Below, piece by piece: positions 1 through 9,063 of a DNA stretch of 64,000 nt. The position numbers and the translations under genes were made by a program. The stretch spans positions 154,551 to 218,550 of the forward strand of contig CBDFII010000005.1 in assembly GCA_965248115.1 (NCBI GenBank). Reading direction: 5' to 3'. Position 1 is the stretch's first letter, and every line of letters begins with the position of its first letter. The notes below the pieces were generated by a model. The model searched no databases, was not told the origin of the DNA, and saw nothing but the letters and a program-made list of their open reading frames with translations. Origin of the DNA: Dehalococcoidia bacterium (GTDB taxonomy: Bacteria; Chloroflexota; Dehalococcoidia; Lucifugimonadales; CBDFII01).

Positions 1-875
1 GCGTAGCGCACCTTGACCACTACGCATCTGGCCCGCTTACCCTCCTGCCTCAACTCCGCCCCCACTCGCTCTGCTAGGTAGCGTAGTGTACCCAGCAAAA
101 AGGGACGGTCGGCCATGTCCTCCAGAAAGGTGGTCTCCCGGCTGATGGACTTCGGGGCCTTAGGTGCGGTAACGGGAGAGTGGTCCAGTCCGTTAGACCA
201 AAGGTAAAGCAGGTCACCCCATGCCCCGAAATTTCGATGTAGCACTGGGGCGGAGAGCTGAGCCAGCTCCCCCACGGTCCCGATGCCCAGCGTCCCCCGC
301 AGCGTTCGGGCCGTTTTCTCACCTACGCCAGGGAGCTGCTCTACAGGCAAGGGAGCGAGAAAACGAGCGTCTTCGCCCGGGGCTATCTCTACCAGTCCAT
401 CAGGCTTTCCGTAGTCCGAGGCCACCTTGGCCGCCACTTTAGACGATGCGATACCCACCGAGGCGATTACCTCAAGCTCACGCCGGACTCTATCCTTGAT
501 CTCCCTGGCAACATTGATGGGAGGCCCGTATAGGGACTCGAATCCCGTCATGTCCACGAAGGCCTCGTCCAGTCCCAGGGGCTCCAGAAAGGGACTGAAA
601 GAGCCAAGGATATCCTTGAATTGAGCTGCTACCCTCTCGTAGTGCTCGTATCGCCCCACCAGGAAGATGGCATGAGGGCATAGACGATAGGCCTGGGACA
701 GGGGCATGCCCGCCTTAAGACCGTACACCCGGGCCTCGTAAGAGGCGCATGCCACCACCCCCCGACTCCCCGGCTCACCTCCCACCGCCACCGGCTTACC
801 GATGAGGGAGGGGTTAAGCGCCCGCTCCACCGCCACAAAAAAGGCGTCCATGTCTATGTGAAAGATGCGCTCCAT
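1..875 (-). CDS. dinB: DNA polymerase IV (Y-family), partial; the C-terminus lies beyond the window edge
   Basis: My own translation from the ATG at 875 reads MERIFHIDMDAFFVAVERALNPSLIGKPVAVGG...LDEAFVDMTG...SVGIASSKVAAKVASDYGKPDG...LPGVGEKT. This is the canonical DinB/UmuC N-terminus and little-finger lead-in. It is absent from the ORF track because it runs off the window edge without a stop. Confidence 0.9.
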   Translation of the reverse strand, partial: MERIFHIDMDAFFVAVERALNPSLIGKPVAVGGEPGSRGVVACASYEARVYGLKAGMPLSQAYRLCPHAIFLVGRYEHYERVAAQFKDILGSFSPFLEPLGLDEAFVDMTGFESLYGPPINVAREIKDRVRRELEVIASVGIASSKVAAKVASDYGKPDGLVEIAPGEDARFLAPLPVEQLPGVGEKTARTLRGTLGIGTVGELAQLSAPVLHRNFGAWGDLLYLWSNGLDHSPVTAPKAPKSISRETTFLEDMADRPFLLGTLRYLAERVGAELRQEGKRARCVVVKVRY

Positions 876-876
876 A

Positions 877-888
877 GAACTATTGTTC
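877..888. promoter_or_regulatory. Cheo-box-type LexA (SOS) operator, GAAC-N4-GTTC
   Basis: The perfect palindrome GAACTATTGTTC starts 2 nt upstream of the dinB ATG. It matches the Gram-positive-type SOS box consensus GAACN4GTTC, and dinB is a classic SOS gene. Confidence 0.5.
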
Positions 889-1095
889 CATTTTAGTGAC
901 CCTTTTGGCCAGTTGTCAAGGGTCCTCCACAACCTACGTGATCCACGCCGTCGAAATGGAACGCATGTGAGAGTAAGCTGCCAAAATAGTTGCCACCGAC
1001 AGAGTTGACACCTGTTTATCATCCATGCTAGGATTCAATTACCAGAAGTTGGAATCTCAACTAGGTCCTTTGTGAAGAAAAGAAAGGAAGAGGGT

Positions 1096-1446
1096 ATGCT
1101 TGAGGTAACTCCCATAGCTGAGGAAAGACTGAAGGAAGTGCTGAAAGAGCAGAACGACAAGGAGGCCTGGCTTCGGGTCATCGCCGTTCCCGCAGGCGAA
1201 GGCGCCCAGTATATGTTGACCCTCGAGAAGGAGACCCAGGAGGACGATACCGAACTGAAACTGGACGGTTTGAGGTTTCTGATGGACTCCGATAGCCTCC
1301 CCTTCCTGGAAGATGCTACCATCGATTTCGTGGAAGACCTGACTCGAACGGGCTTTGTCATCAGCAACCCCAATTTCGCCTCGGGCGGGTGCGGCTCGGG
1401 CGGGTGCGCCTGCGGTGGCCAGGGCTGCGGTTGTGGGGCTCACTAG
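1096..1446 (+). CDS. HesB/IscA-like (A-type Fe-S carrier-like) protein with a Cys/Gly-rich tail
   Basis: The sequence MLEVTPIAEERLKEVL...LRV...F(V)ISNPN has an IscA/HesB-like layout. The C-terminal tail is GGCGSGGCACGGQGCGCGAH. An RBS (GGAAGAGGG) precedes the ATG at 1096; the track ORF begins at 1072. Confidence 0.7.
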   Translation: MLEVTPIAEERLKEVLKEQNDKEAWLRVIAVPAGEGAQYMLTLEKETQEDDTELKLDGLRFLMDSDSLPFLEDATIDFVEDLTRTGFVISNPNFASGGCGSGGCACGGQGCGCGAH

Positions 1447-1489
1447 GCGGCGGGCGTTCCCGACTAACTAGACCAACGGAAAAGAGAGC

Positions 1490-1524
1490 AAGAGGGTAGC
1501 TGTTAAGCTACCCTCTTATTTTTG
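1490..1524 (+). terminator. Rho-independent terminator
   Basis: An 11-bp stem AAGAGGGTAGC/GCTACCCTCTT with a 6-nt loop is followed by ATTTTTG, about 45 nt after the HesB-like stop. Confidence 0.6.
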
Positions 1525-1807
1525 TCTCTCATTACGCAGCTACAAGGATCCTCTAACCGCAAATAAACCTTCCGGCCATACATAAGCAATAACAAAGGCG
1601 CGCCGCTCCCGCAACGAGTCCGAGATTATTTGGGGGGCGCTGGGTTCCATCCTCTCCCCATCTCCACCAGGAACATGCTTACTCCTGGCGCTCAGGGGGT
1701 TCGATGGATTGACTGTGCATGTCAGGCTTTCAAACGATCGTGCGCGTCTCGGCTGCCCGAGCGTGGCACAGCTAGTCCTGGCAAGAGGCAAAGATCGGAG
1801 TGCTATC

Positions 1808-2812
1808 TCAACGAGGGGTCACTGTCGCACCCCAGAATCTCATCGAGATGAGATCCACGCCGAGGCTCTCGTGCAGCTCCTCTTTAAGAGGATCTATAAC
1901 CGTGTCTACGAAAATGTCACCTAACCGGAAATCCGCGTAAATAGATACATCGTACGGCTGTTCAAGCGTGGCAGCATCAAACCTTGCTCCAACAAGAAAT
2001 GTTGCTCGCTCCTGTGCATATGAAACAAAACTGGGGTAGTCCAGGGCATTCAGAGCAGCATCCAATGCTGGTTTGACGAGAGATTCACCATCGCGCGCTA
2101 CATCAAAGTAGCTGTCTCCCTTATCGAACCTGATATACACGTCGACTTCGTCTGCATTCACCGCGTATTTACTTGTGACGACTTGATAGTCCTTCAGTTG
2201 GACCACTATATGCCTCCTGAACCTATGTGCCTGCTCGACAAATGGCAACTTGATCGCTACGCGATCCCCGCGTTGGACGCGGACCACTACCTCGTCTCGT
2301 GTGATTATCAAGATGTCACGGTCGCTCCCGACGAGGACGGATTGACTCGCGATGAAACCTGCAACTGATAGCCCAACGCTCGCGGCAATCACCTGGGCCA
2401 ATTGCTTCTTCCTCGACTGTCGGCGAACGCGGCGTGAAGGGCGTACCACGAGCAATGCGATTGCTGCGCCCAGAACATCCCCGGCTGCCGGTGCCGAAAG
2501 ACGCGCGCGGGTTGCGATGACTGCCCCAATGATCCCTCCGGTTAGCCCTCCGATCAGTAAGCCCAGGGCGCCGATCAATAATATCCCATAGCCGTAGGCG
2601 TCCTGGCCCTGAAGTCCCCGGTCAACCAGGTATCCGACCGCCATCCCGACGAGCGTACCTGCCCCGGCGCCCAGAGCTGTAATGAGGAGGAACGTCAGAA
2701 CTCTGGCGAGGCATTGCCCCATACGTCCTGCAACGCTTTCTGCAGCAGGCCGCGGCGCATTCGTGCTGCGGCTGGAAGTGACTCCGAGGGCAGGCAAGCC
2801 CACGGCAAGCAC
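1808..2812 (-). CDS. Membrane protein with a soluble C-terminal domain; probably the 3' part of a gene split from ORF 2622..3101
   Basis: It has Gly-rich TM segments (GILLIGALGLLIGGLTGGIIGAVIA) followed by a ~200-aa soluble domain. I recognise no family. It overlaps the upstream same-strand ORF. Confidence 0.5.
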   Translation of the reverse strand: MLAVGLPALGVTSSRSTNAPRPAAESVAGRMGQCLARVLTFLLITALGAGAGTLVGMAVGYLVDRGLQGQDAYGYGILLIGALGLLIGGLTGGIIGAVIATRARLSAPAAGDVLGAAIALLVVRPSRRVRRQSRKKQLAQVIAASVGLSVAGFIASQSVLVGSDRDILIITRDEVVVRVQRGDRVAIKLPFVEQAHRFRRHIVVQLKDYQVVTSKYAVNADEVDVYIRFDKGDSYFDVARDGESLVKPALDAALNALDYPSFVSYAQERATFLVGARFDAATLEQPYDVSIYADFRLGDIFVDTVIDPLKEELHESLGVDLISMRFWGATVTPR

Positions 2813-3101
2813 CAGGGCGTAGCCCGAGAATACCTATCGGAGTCCAGAGCGAATAGAAGAAGAATTCCAATGCCATGATTGCGAGGAACATCGGTATGGC
2901 TCCAGTCGCTGTGAGAGCGCGTGACAGTCGAGGGGACCTCCCGCGCAATACGACACCTCCCAAGACAAGGGCCGCCGCCAATACGCCAAGTACTGGGGTG
3001 CCCCACCTACCGCCCAAGACCCAGCCAATATAGTAGAGGCCCAGCAATACTCCCAGTATCTCAGCGTGCCTTTGTGTCACCGCTCTGATGATTGCTGCCA
3101 T
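2622..3101 (-). CDS. Membrane protein N-terminal fragment (about the first 90 aa look real; the tail looks out of frame)
   Basis: The sequence MAAIIRAVTQRHAEILGVLLGLYYIGWVLGG...MFLAIMALEFFFYSLWTPIGILG is followed by an Arg/Cys/Pro-rich tail typical of a wrong frame. Removing one G at CCC 2823-2825 (+ strand coordinates) joins it to 1808..2812. Confidence 0.4.
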   Translation of the reverse strand: MAAIIRAVTQRHAEILGVLLGLYYIGWVLGGRWGTPVLGVLAAALVLGGVVLRGRSPRLSRALTATGAIPMFLAIMALEFFFYSLWTPIGILGLRPGACRGLACPRSHFQPQHECAAACCRKRCRTYGAMPRQSSDVPPHYSSGRRGRYARRDGGRIPG

Positions 3102-3298
3102 ATCGCACCTCGATAGACGGGTGGATTATGAAACCAACGAGCGAAGTGTACCACTGACTCTCTCCGCTGTTTCATAGGGCGAACAAGCTAGGGTTAGCAG
3201 TACGGATTGGCCCTGGGTCCCTGCCCATCAGGGCATGCACCCGGACTTGTCCTGAGGCGGACTATCGCCGCGCGTCGGGTGTTTCGCAAGGCTATGTG

Positions 3299-4417
3299 CT
3301 AAGCGCCATCAGAGGAGGGCTTTCGGAACGCCGGCATCACCTCCTGGGCAAAGAGACGTAGCTGCTCCAGCACCACTGCCTTGGGCTCCCCCATTGCTGT
3401 GGAGAGTAAAATCTGCTCCAGGCCAGGGTACCTGCTCTCCACCTCTTTCAGGTAGCCGATCAGCTCCTCTGGCGGGCCACACAGCCAGTCGCGCCGCTCG
3501 ACTAGGCTCTCGAAGGAGGTTCCTAGAGCGAGGCCCAGGCCCAAGGGGGCGGAGAACTTCTGGTTCTCTTCAAAGTAGGGCGTCGCCGCCTTTATGGCCT
3601 TCTCCCGAGTCTCGTCTACGTACCAACGAAAGCCCTGGATGATGTTCTCCCCCAATTGGAGCTCCTGCCCACTGCGGGCAGCGGCATCTTGGTACACGTG
3701 AATGGAGCGGTCGGCAGACTCCTCGCCAGTACCCGATATGACCCCCTTGATGCCGTTTTTGACCATGAAGTCGATGCCGCGGTCGCTGCCGGTCACGATA
3801 GGCTGCCACACTTCCACAGGTCGATTCACCGGACGTGGCACCAGGGTTATCTGCTCAAGCTCATATCCTCGATAGGGCACCCGAGGAGGGATGGTGTAGT
3901 GCTTGCCATGGTGGGAGAAGGAATCTTCGTTGAAAGCCTTGAAGATTATCTCCACCTGCTCCTCGAACAGCTCTCGGTTGGCATCTGCATCAAGCATAGG
4001 AGCACCGAAGCTCTCTACCTCTCGGGTATGGTAGCCACGACCCACACCGAAGATGACCCTCCCGTTGGTGAGGATGTCAGCCGTGGCGAAGTCCTCGGCC
4101 AATCGTAGAGGATGCCACATAGGGACGATGTTAAAGCCGCAGCCGAACTTGATCCGTTCAGTATGCTGAGCCAGATAGGTGCTGAGCATGAGAAGGTTAG
4201 GTGTGCACTCGTAGCCCTCGACTTGAAAGTGGTGCTCGGCCAGCCACAAACTATGGTAACCCAACTCCTCCATGATATGGGCCATCTCCAAGCAAGTGTC
4301 AAAGGCCTCGATCAGCCTTTCGTTCGGGTACCTGCGGTCGTTTGTCGGGGTACCTTCAATACCCAGGTTCTCCATGTCTATGTGGCCTGAGTAGAGAACG
4401 GAGAACTTCGTAATCAA
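3299..4417 (-). CDS. LLM-class (luciferase-like) flavin-dependent oxidoreductase
   Basis: The motifs LGYHSLWLAEHHF, GRVIFGVGRGY and the 372-aa length are typical of the bacterial luciferase-like monooxygenase family. Confidence 0.85.
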   Translation of the reverse strand: MITKFSVLYSGHIDMENLGIEGTPTNDRRYPNERLIEAFDTCLEMAHIMEELGYHSLWLAEHHFQVEGYECTPNLLMLSTYLAQHTERIKFGCGFNIVPMWHPLRLAEDFATADILTNGRVIFGVGRGYHTREVESFGAPMLDADANRELFEEQVEIIFKAFNEDSFSHHGKHYTIPPRVPYRGYELEQITLVPRPVNRPVEVWQPIVTGSDRGIDFMVKNGIKGVISGTGEESADRSIHVYQDAAARSGQELQLGENIIQGFRWYVDETREKAIKAATPYFEENQKFSAPLGLGLALGTSFESLVERRDWLCGPPEELIGYLKEVESRYPGLEQILLSTAMGEPKAVVLEQLRLFAQEVMPAFRKPSSDGA

Positions 4418-4546
4418 CGCCTCACCTCCATCGTTCTGTAGAACATATGCCTATCAGAAATGCTCAGGTTCATCCCACTGGCGGAACCTAAACCCGCAAT
4501 TTATAACTCGCTCGATAGCTCCTATACACAGTTGCACTATCCTATT

Positions 4547-5983
4547 TCAAGGCACTTGCGAAGGCAAGCTTTGTACCTTGGACTGGCCTGTGGGGCACAT
4601 CTCCAGAAGGCAGCACCCCTCACAAAGGGGCTCCTTTTTGCAGGTCTCCTTGGCGTGCCTATCCAGTAGCGCATGATACTCGTTGTAGAGAGAAGACTCA
4701 GGAGGCAGGGCCCCATGGAAGACCTCCTGGTAAGCACCGTAACTCCCCTCCTTTGGAGATAGCCCCAGCCTTTGGAGGATACGGCGGGTGTAAGCGTCTA
4801 TTACAAAAGAAGGCTGCTCGGCAGCATAAAGAACAATGTCATCGGCAGTCTCCTCTCCGATGCCGTAGATGGAAAGCAGCTCCTGCCGGAGTTCGTTGCC
4901 CTCTTTCGCCAGCAGCATGTCCAGCTCCCCTTCGTACTCCTCCCACAGGTGGTTTATGAATGCCTTGAGTTTCCTCGCCTTGGCGTTGAAATAGCCCGAA
5001 GGTCGCAGGAGGATAGCCAGCTCTTCTTCAGAGACCTCCAAAAGGGTTTTGGATGAGAAACAGTCGGCGGTCTTGAGGTTATTCAAGGCCCGCTCCACGT
5101 TGGCCCAGGCGGTGCCCTGGGTAAGGATTGCCCCAATCACAATCTCAAATGGGCTCTCCCCAGGCCACCAGTGCTGGGGCCCATACCATTGGAAGAGGCG
5201 ATGATATATCTCGATTAAGGGCTCAAAGCTCTCGGTTGGTGCCCTGCTGTCTTCCTTTGTTGCCGGCCTTCTCGCCATGGAACTTTTCCTTGATGACAGC
5301 CTCACAGATAGCCTTTCTGTCAGCCTTATCTCCTCTGTGGAGACCTTGCAGCGATAAGCGTACACCTCCACCCCTTGACCCACTGCGTAGCGAAGAGCAC
5401 CTCCAAAGTCAGGGTCAGCCTCATCGTTGGGTGCGAAGGCCGTGGCATCCTCCCGCTGAACGACGAAGACCACCGCCGCGCGATAGCCCTCGCTTATCGC
5501 CTTACACAGGCTGTAGAGATGCTTCACACCCCGTGTAGTAGGCGCATCGGGAAAGAGGGCCACGCCATCAACCACCAGGGTAACGGACTTGGTCTCCACG
5601 AAGCACTTGCCAACAGGCCCCTCCAGGATCATGTCCAGACGGCTCTCCCCGAAGGTGACCTCCCTCCGAACACTAGTATAGCCGGACAAAGGCGGGATAC
5701 CTTCCTTTCCCAGCGCCTCGTGAACCAGCACGTTGGGCAGGCGGGCGTCGGCTGAGCTAAGGTTGTGCCCTAGGTCCACCAATGCCAGGTCAAAAGATGT
5801 CTTGCGCCCATTCCTCGCAGCAGGCCGCAGCAACACCCGATTCCCCTCTACCAATAGCTCCCGCATTCGGCCCGAGTTGGCCACGTGCACTTCGGTCTCC
5901 ACACCCTCTAGCTCTACTACGGCAGCAAAGCGGTTGAGCCGCCGGATAAAGCGGGCCTCGACCAGGTTACTGTCCAGCCTCAA
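4547..5983 (-). CDS. SfsA-like domain fused to an endonuclease III-like HhH-GPD / [4Fe-4S] domain
   Basis: The N-terminal ~225 aa (RFIRRLNRFAAVVEL...VHVANSGRM...CFVETKSVTL...FPDAPTTRGVKHL) is SfsA-like. The C-terminal ~230 aa (WWPGESPFEIVIGAILTQGTAWANV...GIGEETADDIVLYA...CKKEPLCEGCCLLEMC) is endonuclease III-like with a Cys cluster. It is one uninterrupted 478-aa ORF with a TTG start after a GGAGG. Confidence 0.8.
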   Translation of the reverse strand: MRLDSNLVEARFIRRLNRFAAVVELEGVETEVHVANSGRMRELLVEGNRVLLRPAARNGRKTSFDLALVDLGHNLSSADARLPNVLVHEALGKEGIPPLSGYTSVRREVTFGESRLDMILEGPVGKCFVETKSVTLVVDGVALFPDAPTTRGVKHLYSLCKAISEGYRAAVVFVVQREDATAFAPNDEADPDFGGALRYAVGQGVEVYAYRCKVSTEEIRLTERLSVRLSSRKSSMARRPATKEDSRAPTESFEPLIEIYHRLFQWYGPQHWWPGESPFEIVIGAILTQGTAWANVERALNNLKTADCFSSKTLLEVSEEELAILLRPSGYFNAKARKLKAFINHLWEEYEGELDMLLAKEGNELRQELLSIYGIGEETADDIVLYAAEQPSFVIDAYTRRILQRLGLSPKEGSYGAYQEVFHGALPPESSLYNEYHALLDRHAKETCKKEPLCEGCCLLEMCPTGQSKVQSLPSQVP

Positions 5984-6090
5984 GGGGATTTGACCTCCTC
6001 TAGCTTAGCTAAAATCATACCCATTATACCCCCTGAGTCCTTTGCACACCTCTTCCTAAGCGAATCATGTATACTTTGCAGGGGAGTGAC

Positions 6091-6927
6091 ATGGCTACCT
6101 TCCTAGAACGATTAAACAGGGCGTGCCAGACGTATCGAAGTCTCCTTTGCGTGGGATTGGATCCCGATCCCTCCCTAATGCCAGTACAGGATGTGCTCCA
6201 GTTTAACCGCGCCATCATCGACGCCACCTCTGACCTGGTGTGCGCCTACAAGCCTAATCTGGCCTTCTACGAGGCCCAGGGCCTCGAGGGACTGAGTGCC
6301 CTGAAGCAAACGGTTGTGTACATCAAGCGGGTGGCCCCTGAGGTGCTGGTGATCGGCGATGGCAAGCGGGGCGACATCGACTCCAGCAGCCGCGCCTACG
6401 CTCGGGCCATGTTCCAGGTGTGGGGATTCGATGCCGTGACGGTGAATCCATATCTGGGCGGCGATTCTCTACAACCTTTCCTTGACTATACTGAGAAGGG
6501 AGTCTTTCTCCTCTGCCGTACCTCCAACCTCGGCGCCGTCGATCTTCAGGACCTCAAGGCTCCCGGTGGGGCAGGGGAGCTCCCGGTATACCAACACGTA
6601 GCCATGCGGGCCCAGGAGTGGAACACACATGGCAACGTAGGGCTGGTAGTGGGGGCCACCTATAGCGACGACCTCCGTCAGGTGCGTAAGCTCTGTCCCC
6701 AAATGCCCATCCTTGTGCCTGGCGTTGGCGCTCAGGGAGGCGATCTGGAGGCAGCGATACGTTATGGCACCGACGAAGAGGGCCGCCTGGCCATCATCAG
6801 CGCCTCACGCCAGATCACCTACGCTTCCAAAGGAGAGGACTTTCCCCAAGCGGCCCGCCGCGAAGCCACTAGGCTAAAAGAGGAGATCAACCGAATCCTG
6901 GAGGCAGAGGGGAAGGGATGGTCTTAG
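6091..6927 (+). CDS. pyrF: Orotidine 5'-phosphate decarboxylase (type 2)
   Basis: The motifs LCVGLDPD, AYKPNLAFYEA and GDGKRGDI are present. An RBS (GGGGAG) precedes the ATG at 6091; the track ORF begins at 6067. Confidence 0.9.
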   Translation: MATFLERLNRACQTYRSLLCVGLDPDPSLMPVQDVLQFNRAIIDATSDLVCAYKPNLAFYEAQGLEGLSALKQTVVYIKRVAPEVLVIGDGKRGDIDSSSRAYARAMFQVWGFDAVTVNPYLGGDSLQPFLDYTEKGVFLLCRTSNLGAVDLQDLKAPGGAGELPVYQHVAMRAQEWNTHGNVGLVVGATYSDDLRQVRKLCPQMPILVPGVGAQGGDLEAAIRYGTDEEGRLAIISASRQITYASKGEDFPQAARREATRLKEEINRILEAEGKGWS

Positions 6928-7133
6928 AGCTACGACTTGGCGATGTGCTCCGGCTAAAAAAGACCCACCCGTGCGGCAACAACCTGTGGGAGGTAGTCCG
7001 TCTGGGGGCCGATATCGGCGTGCGTTGCCGAAAATGCCAGCGGCGGGTTATGCTCCAGCGCTCCTATCTGGAGCGGCGCGTCAAGGGGGTGCTCCACCAA
7101 GAGGGTGAATTGGGCGGGGCCAGTAGCGACTAG
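6918..7133 (+). CDS. DUF951-like small zinc-ribbon protein
   Basis: The sequence LKKTHPCGNNLWEVVRLGADIGVRCRKCQRRVML matches the DUF951 pattern as I recall it. Its start overlaps the pyrF stop. Confidence 0.65.
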   Translation: MVLELRLGDVLRLKKTHPCGNNLWEVVRLGADIGVRCRKCQRRVMLQRSYLERRVKGVLHQEGELGGASSD

Positions 7134-7225
7134 ACTAAGGTTTTCGTTGACACTCTCGTCACTCACAGCTAGACTCCAACTGTAAGCAGTTCATCAAGCT
7201 TACCAGCATTATTCTCCCACAAACG

Positions 7226-8899
7226 GTGTCCCTGTTGGCATCTAAAGACAACATGAATAAGCCCAATGCAGAGGAGAAGAAGTGGCGGGAAGCTAACCGC
7301 TCCGCTCCACGCCGCAAGTCCGACTACCGAACCCTTTCTGACATCCCCATAGACGACCTATACACCTCAGAGCATCTTGAGGGGACGGACTACCTCCAGG
7401 ACATCGGCTTCCCCGGTGAGTACCCCTTCCTCCGGGGCGTACACGCCTCCGGTTACCGAGGGCGTCTGTGGACTATGCGTATGTTCGCAGGCTACGGCAC
7501 CGCTGAGGAGACCAACGCCCGCTTCAAATACCTCCTGGAGAACGGGCAAACGGGCCTCAGCGTGGCCTTCGACCTGCCCACCCTCTACGGCTACGACACA
7601 GACGATCCTTGGGCCGCTGGCGAGTTCGGCCGGTGCGGGGTAGCCATCTCCTCCTTGGCAGATATGGAGGTGCTCTTTGACGGCATTCCCCTCGATCAGA
7701 TAACCACCTCCATGACCATCAACAGCCCCGCAGCCATCATCTGGGCGATGTATATTGTAGTGGCCCAAAAGCAGGGTGTTGCCCTGGACAGAATAAGCGG
7801 CACCCTCCAGAACGACATCCTAAAGGAGTACATCGCCCAGAACGAGTACATCTTCCCCCTGGAACCCTCTCTGCGGCTGGTAGTGGACACCATCCAGCAC
7901 GCCTCTGCATCCATGCCTCGCTGGAATCCCATCAGCATCAGTGGGTATCACATACGGGAGGCGGGCTCCACCGCGGTACAGGAGCTGGCCTTCACCCTGG
8001 CCGACGGCTTTGAATACGTAAAGCGATGCCTGGATGGAGGCCTTGACGTCGATGAGTTCGCCCCCAGGTTGAGCTTCTTCTTCAACGCTCACAACGACTT
8101 TTTTGAGGAGATCGCCAAGTACCGAGCGGCACGGCGAATCTGGGCCCGAGAGATACGAGAGAGGTTTGGTGCCAAAGACCCCCTATCCTGGCGACTTCGC
8201 TTCCATGCCCAAACGGCAGGCTCCGCTCTCACTGCCCAGCAGCCCGAGAACAACACGGTAAGGGTATCCTTACAGGCCCTGGCTGCCATTCTAGGAGGGT
8301 GCCAGTCCCTCCACACCAACGCCATGGACGAAGCCTTCGCCCTCCCCTCAGAGCAGGCCGCTCTGCTAGCTCTGCGTACCCAGCAGGTCATCGCCCACGA
8401 GATGGGTGTGACCGACGTGGTAGACCCCGTGGGGGGAAGCTACTACCTGGAGAGCTTGACCAATCAGGTAGAAGAGCAGGCATACGATTACCTACGTCGG
8501 GTGGAGGATATGGGGGGTGTGGTGCCGGCCATCGAGGCGGGCTTTTTTCAAAGAGAGATCGCAGAAGCAGCCTATACCTACCAGCAGCAGATGGACCGCA
8601 ACGAGCAGATCACCGTAGGAGTCAATGCCTACGCCTCCGAGCTACCTGTCGAGATACCAATTTTGAAGGTGGATAAAACGGGGGAGAAGCACCAGATAAA
8701 GCGCCTCAACCAGATACGCCGCCAGCGGGACAATCGGGCATTAACCAGAACTTTGAGGGAACTGGAGCTGGCAGCCAGGGGCAGTGTCAACCTGATGCCG
8801 CCGATAATAGCAGCGGTACAGGCCTATGCCACCCTGGGCGAGATAATGGGTGTGCTGCGCCAGGTGTTTGGCGAATACCAGCCTTCCTGGGGTTACTAG
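7226..8899 (+). CDS. Methylmalonyl-CoA mutase-family (acyl-CoA mutase) large catalytic subunit without a B12-binding domain
   Basis: The motifs [40 protein letters not shown] and TSMTINSPA are present, and the 557-aa length fits a split-type mutase. No B12-binding small subunit is adjacent. Confidence 0.9.
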   Translation: MSLLASKDNMNKPNAEEKKWREANRSAPRRKSDYRTLSDIPIDDLYTSEHLEGTDYLQDIGFPGEYPFLRGVHASGYRGRLWTMRMFAGYGTAEETNARFKYLLENGQTGLSVAFDLPTLYGYDTDDPWAAGEFGRCGVAISSLADMEVLFDGIPLDQITTSMTINSPAAIIWAMYIVVAQKQGVALDRISGTLQNDILKEYIAQNEYIFPLEPSLRLVVDTIQHASASMPRWNPISISGYHIREAGSTAVQELAFTLADGFEYVKRCLDGGLDVDEFAPRLSFFFNAHNDFFEEIAKYRAARRIWAREIRERFGAKDPLSWRLRFHAQTAGSALTAQQPENNTVRVSLQALAAILGGCQSLHTNAMDEAFALPSEQAALLALRTQQVIAHEMGVTDVVDPVGGSYYLESLTNQVEEQAYDYLRRVEDMGGVVPAIEAGFFQREIAEAAYTYQQQMDRNEQITVGVNAYASELPVEIPILKVDKTGEKHQIKRLNQIRRQRDNRALTRTLRELELAARGSVNLMPPIIAAVQAYATLGEIMGVLRQVFGEYQPSWGY

Positions 8900-9063
8900 T
8901 ATGCCAGTAAAATTGACATGTCCTCCCGCCCCTGGTAGACTTAACGGCGTCATAGTTCTTTCCCTTCACATCGTTTACACAATCACACACCACAACCTGC
9001 AATCGTGCAAGCAATATTGCAGAGCCACACTTTGACTCGTAGAGAAAACTAAAGGAGGTTGCT

